A stretch of 64,000 nt of DNA, counting the filler, from Choristocarpus tenellus KU-1152 (Eukaryota; Protista; Phaeophyceae), in NCBI GenBank assembly GCA_964200185.2. It is 12 parts of 12 records of this genome, joined end to end, with 100 filler letters (N's around TTAATTAATTAA, not from the genome) between each part and the next. Parts side by side here need not be neighbours in the genome. Positions count along the whole stretch, not along the records: positions 1 to 16,016 come from CAXNAD020000889.1; positions 16,117 to 23,614 come from CAXNAD020006066.1; positions 23,715 to 30,476 come from CAXNAD020007402.1; 9 more parts are not named here. One strand, given 5' to 3'. The notes under the pieces were generated by a model. It was not told the DNA's origin, searched no databases, and saw nothing but the letters and a program-made list of their open reading frames with translations. The stretch's first letter is position 1, and each line of letters begins with the position of its first letter. This document shows, piece after piece, positions 14,101 through 26,938 of this stretch. A program made the position numbers and the translations under genes.

Positions 14101-15425
14101 CTTGCCTCGGCTGGGAAGACTAACTGCTGCTGAGGCTCCTGTTTGCCACATCGCTTTTGTGCCTGAAACAAAGCCCTTCCCCTCTGCGACGTCCATAAAT
14201 CCAGCAAGTGTCATTCCCGGCTTCACCAAGCATTCATTCTTGGCAGCGACAACCGCCTTTCCCCCAGCCTTCAGAAGCTGCAATACCTATGAATTTAGAT
14301 GTGTGAAATATTTGTGAGGGGATGGGATGGATATACTCCAGTTTCGTGTATAGATGGGTTTGTCATGCATGTGTGAAATTGCACAGGATCTACTGGCAGG
14401 AATGTGAAAGATGTAGAGTGCCATGTGGACAAAGACAATCCCTTTTTTTTTTAAAGAACCAGAATGTGTCCATGTTAAGAAACCATCAAAGTCCTTGGTT
14501 GACACATAGCAAGTGACTAGAAGAAGCGGCGAACACGCTGAAGGAAGATTTTGTCCTGTACTTGTTGCGATACGAAGGACTGAAGTAGACACATAACTTC
14601 CTTAAAGATACATTACTATACCCAAAACCTTAAAGTTGACGAGAATAAGCTTAGGAAACTGCGAAGGGATAACTATCGAACACGAGTAGAGGTGAATCAT
14701 ATTCACCTCCTCAAGCAAGGCTTCGCCGGGCGCTACAGTTGCATCTTCGATCACCACCCAGTCATACGCCTCCCGACCCGACCCATTTTTGTGGGTAGCA
14801 AGGTATTCTGGTGGAGCAACTGAGACGGTAGCTCCCTGCCCTCTTGACGCGGCTGCCCATCCAGCTGCCCTTCCTCCGTCCTCGTGCTTGTCACTGCATA
14901 CCACCAGAGCTTTCGATCCAGCGGGGGCAGGATTTAGGGATAGTTCCCCAGGCTGCATGGAGAAGAGGGATACGTGGGGTGCGCTGTGGATAGTAAACGC
15001 CTAGTAGGAAACAGTGAATACCTAGGCAGGGATTTGGATGTCCGTATGGTGCAAAATCTAGACATTGCTTTCAGTCCGTGGGCCAACAAATAAGTTACTA
15101 TTTTAGAGGGGTAGCGAAATGTGCTGTGTACGGACTGGAGTTGAAGAACTATCTCAACTGCGACCTGTCGTCTCGAATAAGGAAGAATCCATACAATTGG
15201 GACAGCAATTCCTCCCTAATACAAAAAAAAATCGTAGAGTAATCAAATCACCTCGGTATTGTCTACTAAATCCCTCGTCGTGGGCTCCATCGCATCCTCT
15301 GAATCAGTCGCTTTAGCAGTCCCACGTCTCCGACTCACAAAGAGTACTCCCAAAGTAACTGCACAAATACCGCCAAGACCTACCACAGTTGCCAAAGTAG
15401 ACACTGAAAACTTACCAGAGGCCAT
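11189..15425 (-). CDS. DRE2: Anamorsin/CIAPIN1/Dre2 (cytosolic Fe-S assembly); exons 15425-15252 (putative), 15000-14707, 14286-14097, 13622-13444, 13076-12927, 11296-11189
   Basis: Degenerate methyltransferase-like N domain (LLKAGG..., LAGF), acidic linker [10 protein letters not shown], Fe-S motifs [17 protein letters not shown] and SSCGSCYK|[28 protein letters not shown] junctions are in phase. If exon 1 is wrong the start is ATG 14958. Confidence 0.92.
12170..12790 (-). repeat. Dispersed degenerate Cys-rich coding repeat in the last anamorsin intron (homolog of 40665-41285)
   Basis: Shared blocks with 40.7-41.2 kb: cacaagttgtacaaatcacagtgtgttgatt, ctcatcctct, cactcccccatc, cacaaatgaaa. 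Both translate to [14 protein letters not shown] and RF.EDEL. Confidence 0.75.
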
Positions 15426-15889
15426 AACCTGAATGGATTTCAGTCCCAATATAACGAATTATTAAGGGCTTGAGGTTGACAATGTTGGAGCTCCCAAAAC
15501 ACAGACCTTAACTCAATATGCGTTTACCCACAAAGGGGAGGGACTGATATTGAAAATAGAGCGGACAAATTGAAGGGAGAAATTCGAGATACAACATGGG
15601 ATATCGGGTGATAATTAATCATTTGATCAAATATTTGGACCAATTAAACACCCAAACAATAAAATAGTGTGAGGTATATGAGGTGTTGTTGTCAGGATTC
15701 TGTTCTTCCTCTTTTCGAATCTTTTATATCTCTCTTTTTTATATTCTTTTTCTTTCACTCCTTTGATTTTCTTTTCTTATTTTTGTCTGAGCAACGAATG
15801 TAGTGTATTGCCTTCTTTGGACCTGCTTTACGATTGATGGGGCTGCACCACATAACCAATATTCGGAGGTGAGTGTGAGGTGTGGTCTA

Positions 15890-16016
15890 CAGTACCTCCA
15901 CCTATTTATACCAAATATTATATACCAACCCCATTTTGTACCGCTTTTTTCGACATACTCAAATAAATAGACTTTTATACCGGAATTCTCGTATTCGGGC
16001 GATTTGGCACAAAATA
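15890..16016 (+). mobile_element. Terminus of Tc1/mariner-like non-autonomous element (truncated by contig end)
   Basis: TA|CAGTAC... terminus. About 125 bp is highly similar to the reverse complement of 33275-33399, which ends ...GTACTG|TA. Confidence 0.6.
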
Positions 16017-16116
16017 NNNNNNNNNNNNNNNNNNNNNNNNNNNNNNNNNNNNNNNNNNNNTTAATTAATTAANNNNNNNNNNNNNNNNNNNNNNNNNNNN
16101 NNNNNNNNNNNNNNNN
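16017..16116. other. Artificial contig spacer N44-TTAATTAATTAA-N44; others at 23615-23714, 30477-30576, 33110-33209, 36994-37093, 39688-39787, 43395-43494, 48682-48781, 52168-52267, 55472-55571, 61391-61490
   Basis: Identical 100-nt pattern 11 times; TTAATTAATTAA places stops in all six frames. Confidence 0.98.
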
Positions 16117-16189
16117 AAATAGTTGCGGCAGGGGAGTGGGGAGGTCGCGGAGGCTTTTCGGGGTTGTGAACTAGATGTAGAGATCGAGA

Positions 16190-16354
16190 AATACACCAGG
16201 GTGTCCGTTTCAACCAAAATCAGGAAAAGTGCATTAACATTATCCATCCAGCGTATTCAACCAAATCACACACAAAAAAATCACAAAAATAGCGACAAGA
16301 AAAAATCGACCCCAAATGGACAGTCGCCACCCCCCCCCCCAGATACTATGAGCC
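16190..16354 (-). mobile_element. MITE family B, partial copy
   Basis: Ends gaccccaaatggacagtcgccac(C)n agatactatgagcc, the reverse complement of the family B left end at 39526, 43346 and 61333. Confidence 0.75.
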
Positions 16355-18776
16355 ACTGCAACAGGAAACATGATGAACGTGATTTCCTAGAACAATAGGA
16401 CTGAGCCCTATCACTTCTTTGGAGGATGGAGGAAACAAAATGCTCACCGGAGGTGTTGGACAGTTACAAACTCCTTCCATCGTGGCTTCAAAAGGACCGA
16501 TACGGCAGATGGGGATCTTGATGTGCAATGGTCGCACCACCATAGGGATTGGTTCTGTGGAGGTAGGAAACCCAAGCATGTGATCATCAGAGGTGATGGT
16601 GGGAGTGGTGTGCAGGGCATGTCCTTTCCTGCTTTTATTGAGAGGTTGGGACATTGACAAGACATAAAACAGAAACTGGACATGGATGACAATATACATA
16701 TAAACAAAAGCGTGTTTATGATGAGTGAGAAAAGTGAGAGGTCAAGATGTTGGCAGTTAGAAACAGAAACAGGATATGGAAGAGTATGTGCAGGACAAGG
16801 GTATGTTTATGATGAGTGGAAGGGCGGCTTGGAGGATCGCCCTTGGAGCAACATTGAGTCAAAGTGAATGAAAGATGCCTTGAGTTGTATTTCAAGGATG
16901 CTGACAAATATGTGTATAATTCGACCTTTTTTTTACAAATGTGTATAGGATTTTTTCTGGATTGTGTTGAAGAGTTTGAACAATGGAGAAATGAACACAC
17001 TCAAGACAAACTTACAACTTCGACCATAGAAATATGGGAAAAGAAAGTCGCGAAAGATCAAGACAAAAACAGTCTACAAATGCATAACGGTCAAACCCTA
17101 GGTACGTCTCATTTACTTTGGGTCATTGCTGCAAGCAAAGGTTTGTGGGATGCGCCATGCAAGGTGGCAACCACTGTACATAACCCTCAAGTCATGTCCC
17201 TCCAGCAGACACTCACTACTATGTGCAAATTGAACAATATATGAGGCACCATTTTGACTTTGCCTGGCATCATTTTCGCACTTTAAAAAAATTCTGAATA
17301 CGCAAGGGCCTGCTGGAATAAACCCAAACTGGCGTTTTATGTGAGAAAGCATCAAAGATTTCAAGTGAAGTTGGGTACAAGCCGATCTGTGTAAGCCCAT
17401 GACATTAGAGAAGTACCAAAGTTAACCTTACCGAACCATTTGTCTTACAACTCCCTCTTCAGATTGTCAACTCCCCCTGTGTGCAGACAGCAAGATATAT
17501 AGCTCAAATTGGCAGGAATGGCAGTTTGTATGCCAAATCCCCTTGTCAATATGAATTCATATCTAGTTCAAGGCCATTGGTGCTGATCATGCCACAATTC
17601 TACTCATTCTCTGTTTGGGAGAGGGTTACTTCGAAGATAAACCTCATGTTGAACAAAAGGGGAAATAAAAATGGGAGTAATATTGCACTGCAAGACACCT
17701 GATGCACTCTTGCGTTTTCCAATAATACCTGGGTACATGTCAGTCCAAGAGGATGAAGAAAATGTATGAACCTTTTATGGGATTGCATTTAAAATTCTGT
17801 TGCTGCTCCTTGAGGTGTTAATCTGAAATAGTATTATGTCACGTATGATACAGATAGGGTAATGGTCAAATGGGGTGTGGGAAATATGGAGGGGCAACCG
17901 TAATAATACTCGGAGTAAATGGTATTGAAGGTAGTTGACACACACAATTCCTCGCCTGTGTTGGTTGATTGGAATGCCAGCTTATCGTAACATCTAGGGT
18001 GCAGCAACAGTGGTCGTAATATCGCTGAACGCAAAGGCATTGACCTTCCTAGATTAACTCCATTGTGGCCAGCAGTATCCACGGGCTTGATGGGTGAAGT
18101 GGAGCCGAGGAGACGAGGTGATGGGGCTTGAATCTGACTCAACAGGAGCACAGGAGCTATAATAACTCTTGGCACCCGTGGAGGTCGACTTCTTACAGGC
18201 TGCACAGGTTGCATGCACCTCGGGCTCTGTTGGACAAACAATTTTGGCAGGTTGGTACTCTGTGTTTACATGTCGTGTGTTTCGTGAAATGTTTCTCCAA
18301 GTTATTCTATCCGGTGAAGGATAGTCTCGAACGGAAAATATATTGGAAATTGGAAATATGCCAAATCTTCGGGGTGATCATATTTATATATATACCTATA
18401 TATGTACATATATAGCATTTGAAGATGGAGCAGAAAGAGCTCACCTTGTGAGCGAGCAGTCGCAGAATAACCGGTGGTAATAGGTGCATGGGCGGGCATA
18501 TCGCAGACCTTTGAATTGCAGCAGGTGGTCTTGAGCGCTTTGGTCGCCACGGCAAGGTCTGGCGCACTATGCGAGGACATTTTGGCCTGGGTGGAGCCCT
18601 GCGGTTTTTTTTCAGGTTGCCAAGACAGATAGATGCTTGCACTTGACTTTTCCATATGAATGGCGTGCTGTTGCGTATAGCACTAATTGTACCAGTTCCA
18701 ATGCTATCGAGCCCCTTTTTGGACAGGAACCTACAACAAGAACAAGGTATTTATATGGCGGCGTGGAGGTGGTGGA

Positions 18777-19162
18777 GGGACAGGAATGAGTGCGCTCTAT
18801 TCCAAAACCTACTGAGGCAGAGCGCTATAGATGATACCGACAGGTGCCAGATGCTTGGGTCCACCAATCTCAATCGAATTTCCTTCGTGAAGGGAGTACC
18901 ACCATCTCCAAGTTCCCCACATAATAACCATCTCGTCTCCTAGCACCTTGCTCACCTTTGACGCTCTAGGGGGACAGGAATGAGTGCGCTCTATTCCAAA
19001 ACCTACTGAGGCAGAGCGCTATAAAGTATACCGACAGGTGCCAGATACTTGGGTCTACCAATCTCGATCGAATTTCCTTCGTGAAGGGAATACCACCATT
19101 TCCAAGTTCCCGACATGATAACCATCCCATCTCCTGGCACCTTGCTCACCTTTGACGCTCTA
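18777..19162. repeat. Tandem duplication, 2 x 192 bp (period 194)
   Basis: gggacaggaatgagtgcgctctattcc...ctcacctttgacgctcta at 18777-18968 and 18971-19162, with about a dozen substitutions. Confidence 0.95.
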
Positions 19163-19699
19163 TTGATGGGACACGGCGTAGAGACTTATTGCGCATTTGA
19201 CCACCTGCCGATATAGCGTCAGATCTCTTATCGTGAGGACACATCTTACTTTCATCTCATATTCTACCGTTTTCTGTTTTGTAGACCTCGAGAACTATGG
19301 ACATCTTGAATAGATCATTGTAAGTGCCACATGATTGTTGGGATGGAGCATGTTCAATCGACAAGAGACTAGGAGAGTATTGGCGGAATGATGTAGAGCT
19401 ATCGGAGGTCTATAGAGACAGATTATAGGGTAGGATAGGTAGGCCTTTAGAGTTCTATGGTAGGGACCAACTTCGATGAGCACATCGGTTGTTATTTCTT
19501 TGGTGCATCAGCAAAATCCGTTACAACTAGGGACAAATAAGAAAGGAGGAATTGTAGTGAGTCGTGACAAACCACCATGATGGCTTTGTCTACGTAGAGC
19601 TACAATCGTAAGAGGAAAGGTAGGGTAGTGGATCACGTGACCAGAAGTAAGCGGGTCTTGCTCAAGATGCGTCGTGGGCAAGGCTTTTTCTCCAAGCAA

Positions 19700-20900
19700 T
19701 GCAGGGATTGCGATTTCCGGGGAACGCGCACAGATATTCCTGCTGGGAGACCCATGAGTTATTCATGTGGCCAACGATCCCTTCTTCACCAGCCCAGGTC
19801 ACTTGCGAATGCTGTTAAGATCGTGACCATTTATTCTGCAATGCAAATGGCCTTGTTCTTTCCATGCGGAGTCTCTTCTCTTGTGCTTCGAGTCCATTCG
19901 CCTATCTCAGGTCATACTGTAGGTGGTGGTTGGGGTCTTAGTCAGCAGAGACTGGACTCATGGATCCCTTCACGGCCAGGCCGAAGGCAGCCTCAGAATG
20001 CATCATCCAAATCAATAAATGGAATGGTGATGATCTTCGATCAGCTTGACCCAGAGCGTCGTTCGCAGGTGAAACTTCAACTACGTCGGGTCATTCAACT
20101 ATGCAAAGGAGGCATTCAGCTGCGATCCTCTTTTGCTGGGTGAAATGCGTTTGATACCTGTATGTCACCACCCCAAACTCGACTATAGCATTTCGCACTC
20201 CTTCCGTGCAAAATGAGAATGGGACATAGCATTACGGCGGCAACTTGATGCCTCAACCGTCTTGTTCTAGGTCCCATTTCGCCTGCCGACACCTTCCGCC
20301 TTCTGACTGCTTAATCGCAGTTGGTCGGCCGAACCTACGCGTCAGACCCTGAACTCTTCCGGAGCATCGAAAAACTTAATCACTGCTCGGATTGGACGGA
20401 CCCGGTGATCTTTAGCGACCAGAGAAACCTTAGTCCATCCCCAAAAGTGGTGAGTGTTGGCGCTTCCATAATTCAAGTTACATGTACAAGCGGAGCCGAT
20501 CCCCCAGGCGGGTAAAGGTACCTGTGTATCCCCGCCATTCAGTAGACCGGGTTAGACCTTGATCAATGATGCACAGGAAAATTTCTAGTGTGTTTGGATC
20601 CTGTAGAACGAGTCAAAGAATTTGCCATCTCATCCTCCTCTCCCTATACTCACATTCTGACGCCATTTCCTCCTCTCATCAACAACCCCAGGCAGTGTCA
20701 AGGACATGAATCTAGTTGAATTTTCTTTGTCTAGTACAAGAACTGATCAACCTTCATCTTGTTCCAAAGTGATTTTCCCCACCGGTTTCCCCCACCCGCT
20801 AGACGAGACTCCAATGCATCTATCTCCCTGTTCTCACTTGATTGCAAAGACAGCTTCTGATTCGACTCTTTCAATGTCCTTTGTTTAACCCAACCCCCCT
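19700..20900 (-). mobile_element. Probable tyrosine-recombinase (DIRS/Ngaro-like) retroelement relic
   Basis: Minus strand: SSENREIDALESR (cf. RNase H end N..AD.LSR), then MANSLTRST, VQGLTRRFG, AAVMLC...R....VWGGDIQV and GIVGH..W.S..EY in YR-like order. Heavily frameshifted. Confidence 0.35.
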
Positions 20901-21050
20901 GCTCCACCCTCGGTGTATGCACTTACACCTGAGCAGGCACTAACTGCATTTGTTTTGCGTATGGGGATTGTGCTGACTGCGTACACGGGATTCCCTCTCA
21001 TAGTACAGGGCCTGCAGCCTCTCATGTACCTGCAGGTATTTTTCAAGCAA

Positions 21051-21081
<31 letters not shown>

Positions 21082-21084
21082 GTG
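21051..21084. repeat. (GT)n microsatellite; others at 23064-23093 (GT), 23365-23443 (TA/CA-rich), 29165-29198 (CT), 63060-63140 (ATGAT-like)
   Basis: Visible simple repeats. Confidence 0.9.
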
Positions 21085-23061
21085 CTGTGTTTTCATGTCA
21101 GTAGATGCATGTTGCTTGTGGACGAGACACGGTACTATCCAAAGGGTGAGGTGTGTGGATGGAGGGGGATGGATTATGTCTTAAGCAATGTCTTAAGCAA
21201 TGTCTTAAGCAGAGGCAAGATTATTCACGCGTTAAAGGGTTTCTGCAGCAAATGCAGTGAAATCCTGGTCGTGAGACCCTGTTGGTCTCATTCTGGAACT
21301 TTTGCCTAACTTTCCTGCCTTCCCCATAGGTTTTGAACTGCTAATGTTGGGTTATCTGGACATGAATATTGGGTTAATGCTGTTGAAAATATATCTTTCA
21401 GCTGTACCTATTGGAAGATTCACGGTCTTACACCATTTTTGAAGGTGCTGCTAATGGGCAAGCCCCCTTGGTCACACCCCAACACTCCCATGAGCTCGTT
21501 CATTATTATTATTATTACTATTGTTATTATTTTATTATTATTTTATTATTATTACCGTTTTTTTCATGTTTCTGAGGGCTTGACCTGTGATCAAAAGATG
21601 AGTCAAAAGAAGGCACTACACACACTTTGAAATTTATGCAGATGGTTATATAGAAGAGTATAACAAATAAAATAAAAACTGAAAAAAGAAAGGAAAAAGA
21701 AAAAGAAAAAGAAAAAGAAAAGTGAAAGCAAATAAAAAGAAGGAAGGTGTTTATTTCAGTAGTAGTGTGCAGTATCTACACAAGGGTAATGGGTAGCTAA
21801 AAAAACATCAGGACGTATTGAAATGACTCTTCAAAAATAAAAAAAAGGATACTTGTGTTGCATCAGGTCCATCCAGTCTGAAAAAAACACCCACCCCTCT
21901 CCACATGTCGTGTATTGCTTTCCACCTCATCCATACCGCTAGCTTTGTACAGCCTTGACCACATGGTGCAGACTGTAACTGTCTCTCATGGGATACCATT
22001 TGATTATGTGACAGTTACGAGCTTTTTGTCGTATCTTATCTGGTGAAACTGGTGAAACTGTGGAGTGGCTTTGTTCCCCGTATGCCCCTTTGGGGTGCCA
22101 ACATGTACACAGGGATACACACTATATGTATGTATGTATGTATGTATATATTAGTGTGTTCATTCATTATTGCACCAATAGGTGATGGTTGTACCCTGTA
22201 ACCTAATATGCTGCCCTAACACTACTTCGGCGAAGGAGGGTGTACTTCACTTCCATATACAGCGGGCTATCCGATAGAGAGGCGGTGAATACTTTTGTGG
22301 TTGTTGTTGTTGCTGGCTAGAGTCATGTGGTGGACCCTGAGTCTCCCCCCAAGAATCTCACCCCAAAACACTCAAGTACAAGCAATACTGATACTGATAT
22401 TGATATTGATATTGATATTGACGGGTCGCAATACAGGCGTTTGTTGTAAGTATATCCGATCAAGGGTGGGAGGCGTGTTGGACAGGTCCGTCTCAACTAT
22501 CCCACAGTTACATGCAGCGAGTGTATGTGACGTGACATACGTGACATACGTGACATAGGTGGCATAAGTGTCCGTGAGCGAGTGGGGCAGGATGCAATCG
22601 AGGTTGAACTCTTTTGAGTCATCACTCTTATCACTCTCATCACTATCATCAGTTCAATGGAGTGTGCGGGTCCCTCCATCCCACCCCCGCCCAGGAGACT
22701 GCTGCTTCATTGCCCCCCTCCTGTTTACATCTCCCCCTCGTTTCCCAGCTGGGGCAGTACTGTTGATGGGGGGATGGAGAGGGGAAGAGGTTAGAACTGT
22801 TTTGCGACTTCGCTATGAGGCTTAGGGTGGTCTTGGAGGTAGGACTCTTGTACTCTGCCTCGGGAACGTGATGGTCGACCTCCCTGACCACGTGGGGGCA
22901 CTTGTACTCTTGTGTTCTTACCCATGCCGAGCTTAGATGTGGGTGAATCTTTGATGCGGTAACCAAGTCTTCTGTGTGGTATGGGACTATTATTATGATA
23001 ATAATTGTTATAATTTTTATAAATTATTATTATTGTTTTGTTTTTGTTATTTTGTTATTTT

Positions 23062-23094
<33 letters not shown>

Positions 23095-23881
23095 ATGAGT
23101 GTCACAACTTTACAGAGCTCTCAACGCGAGTTCGTGTTCTTGGATTGCCTTCTTCAAGATGTCTTGAACGGCCTTCCTTTTTCTTTTTCTTTTTTTTAGT
23201 TTTTGCTAACTTCCGGAAAGATCTTACATCCAGCAGTTTTGAAATTTTTGTGGCGTAACTCCACGCCAATTTTTTTTGTTTGTTTGTCACCTAGTTGGAT
23301 CAGATTGACCTTGAAAGAGTTGTGAGAACCACATTTCACTTTCACTGTGTTATTGTTCGAAAAACATATACACATAAACATACATATATATACACATATG
23401 TATATATATGTATGTGTGTATATATGTATGTATGTATGTATGTCCTGCTTTTCGAGCACGCTGTTGAGACACCTTCCATCAAGTTCAGGAACCGTACCTG
23501 CTCAGGGAAATATCCCCCCACATAGTGAAGAGAGAGAGAGAGAGAGATAGAGAGGGTCAAAGTATCTTGGGGGGGGGGGGGGGGGGGTGAGGTGGGGGCC
23601 GCCGCGGGCACACANNNNNNNNNNNNNNNNNNNNNNNNNNNNNNNNNNNNNNNNNNNNTTAATTAATTAANNNNNNNNNNNNNNNNNNNNNNNNNNNNNN
23701 NNNNNNNNNNNNNNCTCTTCCATCACTTCCATCTCTTCATGTATAGTCCCTTCCTAGCCCCACCCCTGCCACCACTGCCGCCCCCCCAAAACCCTGCAAC
23801 GCACGATCTATTATCCCACAGGTCCTCAATACTACACTCTTTACTTTCCTACACACCACACTTCGCCTGCTGATGCTGTAC

Positions 23882-26603
23882 CTGGCCTTGGTAACCAGCA
23901 ACCATAGGGCCCCTGGGTTGCCCTGCAGGTTGCAGGGCCATCCCTGGCTGACCTTGCTGCTGCCATCCCTGAGAGAGATACATTGGGATTACACCAGTCA
24001 AAACACAGAAGTAAGTGTGGGCAAGGCTCCACTACATTTCACCAAAACAAGACCCCTGCTGCTGGATGAAATGTGAAACTGTCCAGGCATGAGGATCGAT
24101 CTTTGAAGATAAAACGGCAAGGGGTATTTACTAGAAGGATAGGGACAATGGGGGAGGGGGGGAGAGGGAGGGGGTACAATGCTACAGCACTAAATCGCAG
24201 CACTTTCACATGTATGCTGCAGACTCTACGAAATTTCTATAGGCAAGGAGCATCAACACTCCGGATGGGCAGGGGGTGGGGGATCAATTGTACCTGTTGC
24301 TGCCCCTGCTGTCCAAATTGCTGAGGACCTCCGGCAGGATATCTGCCATAGCTACCACCATAGCCCTGTAATTAGAGTTATATATCAAGACAGGACAATG
24401 AGCAAGTACAGAGTCGAGGAGGAAAATGCCAACAGCAAGAAAGGAACCAACTACAAGGTGTTGTCTTGTCCTTACGCAGCACAATGATCTTGTGCTTCCA
24501 AAAGAGAAACAACAAGAGATGCCTCCGTACGGCATACCCTCAAGATGATATGTAAGATCAAGAAAGCGGCACCCAATCCATGACTTCGATAACAAGAACG
24601 CAAAAGACTAGAGAGGAGTTGTACGATTTCAGTGGTTTCAGCAATAGCCCGAGAGAAGTAGGGCACATTTTTTTAGACTCCTTAACTTAACTATCACCTT
24701 GAGCAATGGAATTAAACATCCAGGCATGAGACTGCAATCGAATCAACGCACTACTGCTTCTTCTGCGGTTTAGTGGCAACAAATGATGAAATGGTGAGTA
24801 TCGTACCAACGCCCAGAGCGTTAAAAAAAAAGAAGCAGCAACTCAAATATTCAATACCTCTCCTACCCATATATACACCACCAAACATACAAATAGCTGC
24901 GGGGTGTAGTGGATATTGCTGTACGGGTATCATGCAGTGAGAAAGACTCACAAAATCCCAAGGCCAATTGCGTAAGTAAGTGTGCAATATATCCTATAGA
25001 GGAGCTCCACGCCATGGAGGTTTATCTCCACATATACATTAGTAAAGGTAGTTGTGGCATTGCGAGAGTAGGAAAGCGTTCTTAACCAGTTGCATCAAAA
25101 TTATTATTTGTCGACTGAAACCGTCATGTATCATCTTCACAACTCTGCCATAGGTGAACATGATCATTGTTCTTCACGATGGCAAGAGCTTGAGAACACT
25201 GCTTCCCTCTCCACATCCCCCACTCCACACCCACTTGAAAGGAAAAAGTTCATAGAGGTTTGTCAAACAAAGCATCTCCTCCTCCCCATCCCATCCCTTG
25301 TGAGCACCATCAAGACCTCTGTTACATGTATCTCACATGCCAAAAAATGGTTTTCTTCAAGAGTTGCAGCGGAGGAAAATGGACAACTCGACCAAAATAC
25401 TACACGAACAGGCCCAGTCACATAGCCCCCACCCCTTCACCTGCCACTCAGTCCTGCTCCATCTCACACCCTGACCATGAAGTCACTTTATCCCACATGC
25501 CAGGTGCCCTCACCTGCTGTGGTGCTCCGGTCTGTGACTGCCCTGCGAATCCCTGTTGTGCCCCTCCCTCTCCCTTGAGCCTGCTAGTCAGGCGAGAAAA
25601 TAGACCTGGACCTTCTATCTGTGACACTGGGCCCTGCTGCTGGTACTGAGTGCGCCCATAGCCCCCCTTCAACAAGCACAGTGGACCGAAGTTGTGAAAG
25701 GCGAATCGGTGATGAGTGGGAGGTCTACCAAGAGCTCGTTGCTGGGGAAACGTTTTTGGGGCACACCAATTACTCAAGATATTCTTAGAGGTATAGATAT
25801 AAAAATGGGATGTAGGCAGGAGATGTGGTCGATGTCCCTCTATGAAAGGTGTCGGTGGAGGCTGTATGGAAATGCAAATCACCTGCGAGCCGGGATATCC
25901 CCCATATCCTCCCTGTTGTGGCGGATACCCCTGCGATGTTTGGCCGCGATATGCTCCAGGTGCCCCTGGCCCTTGCCCCTGCATCTGTCCCTGCTGACCC
26001 GGCACTTGACCTTGGTGAACGGGCACTTGACCTTGTTGCCCTCGCATTTGCCCTTGCCCTTGTTCTCCTTGTGCGGTTGGCTGACCAAGCATGGGACCTT
26101 GACCTTGGGGGTTTCCTTGTCCCTGCACAGTCCCAGGTGGAGAGCCTGGCCCCCGGTATCCGTATGGCTGCTGTTGAGGATAGCCATTAGGCTGAGATAG
26201 GGGGTGAGTGCTGTGGGGTTAAGTATGGATACGAGATTGACATGTGAAGTATGCGCTCAAGGCAGTGTTCTCTTTCAGCATTAGGGTGGGAAGCAAAGTG
26301 TTTCCGCCTATGTTCAGCCATGCTACTAGACAAATGTGTTGCCCTTAATTATCTCCTTGGCAAAGGGTGTGACCTTCGTCCTAGTCAAGTGAACACAACG
26401 AGATGGTGACCAAACATGAAACCCACCGACTGCCCCGGACGTTGGACGGGCTGCCCTGGTCCCGTGTACACGCCGGGATTAGTCGACCCAGAACTGCATT
26501 GTAGGGTAGCTGCCAGGACTACAGCAGCTGTGCATGTCAAGGCCCGGCATTTCCTCGATCGTGATCTCCTAGATACCTCCACAGTGCACGGTGCACCCTC
26601 CAT
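23882..26603 (-). CDS. Q/G/P/Y-rich low-complexity protein with N-terminal hydrophobic segment (3' end not recovered)
   Basis: Exons ~26603-26427 (MEGAP...[19 protein letters not shown]), ~26191-25883 ([12 protein letters not shown]...[24 protein letters not shown]...), ~25666-25471, ~24366-24294 ([24 protein letters not shown]), 23968-23882 ([10 protein letters not shown]...). Composition is consistent across GT-AG-bounded exons. Confidence 0.7.
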
Positions 26604-26938
26604 CTTTGCAAAATCAGGACCGATGCACCACCCCAATCCGCCTCTAGGCACACAGTCGTCCAATGAGCGGAGTCAGCGCTTCGAGCCCAATACCGCCACA
26701 ACGTATCCAAGGTGCACTCTTCCCCAATCTAAAAACAGAACTAACATTATTACAAAGCCACTTGGCAACCTGAAAAAAAGCATGAGTTAATATGGAACGC
26801 CCTCGGCGGTGTGGTTGGGACAGACAAGTGTTGAACATTCAACCATCCTCCACTTCCCATCCCCTGCTGAGTGTATCTTCTTCTCTACACGTGCTTATCT
26901 GTCGAGCTTACTGGGCACGTTCAGACTCGATTCTTCCC

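Noticed and set aside
16017-16116. Regularly recurring TTAATTAATTAA between N runs
   Set aside because: Artificial six-frame-stop contig linker. Gene neighbourhoods across linkers (e.g. MutS2 next to the ABC1 kinase) are therefore not evidence of a cluster.
16660-16860. Two MORN-like repeats (TGHG.QYTY..VYDE / TGYG...VYDEWKGG)
   Set aside because: Different frames with stops; too degenerate to call beyond a possible pseudogene.
17834-18655. Minus-strand ORFs with a possible splice and a CxxC motif
   Set aside because: The spliced reading terminates early and no family is recognisable.
22290-22990. GC-richer exon-like segments on the minus strand
   Set aside because: Could not be joined into a consistent open frame or assigned to a family.
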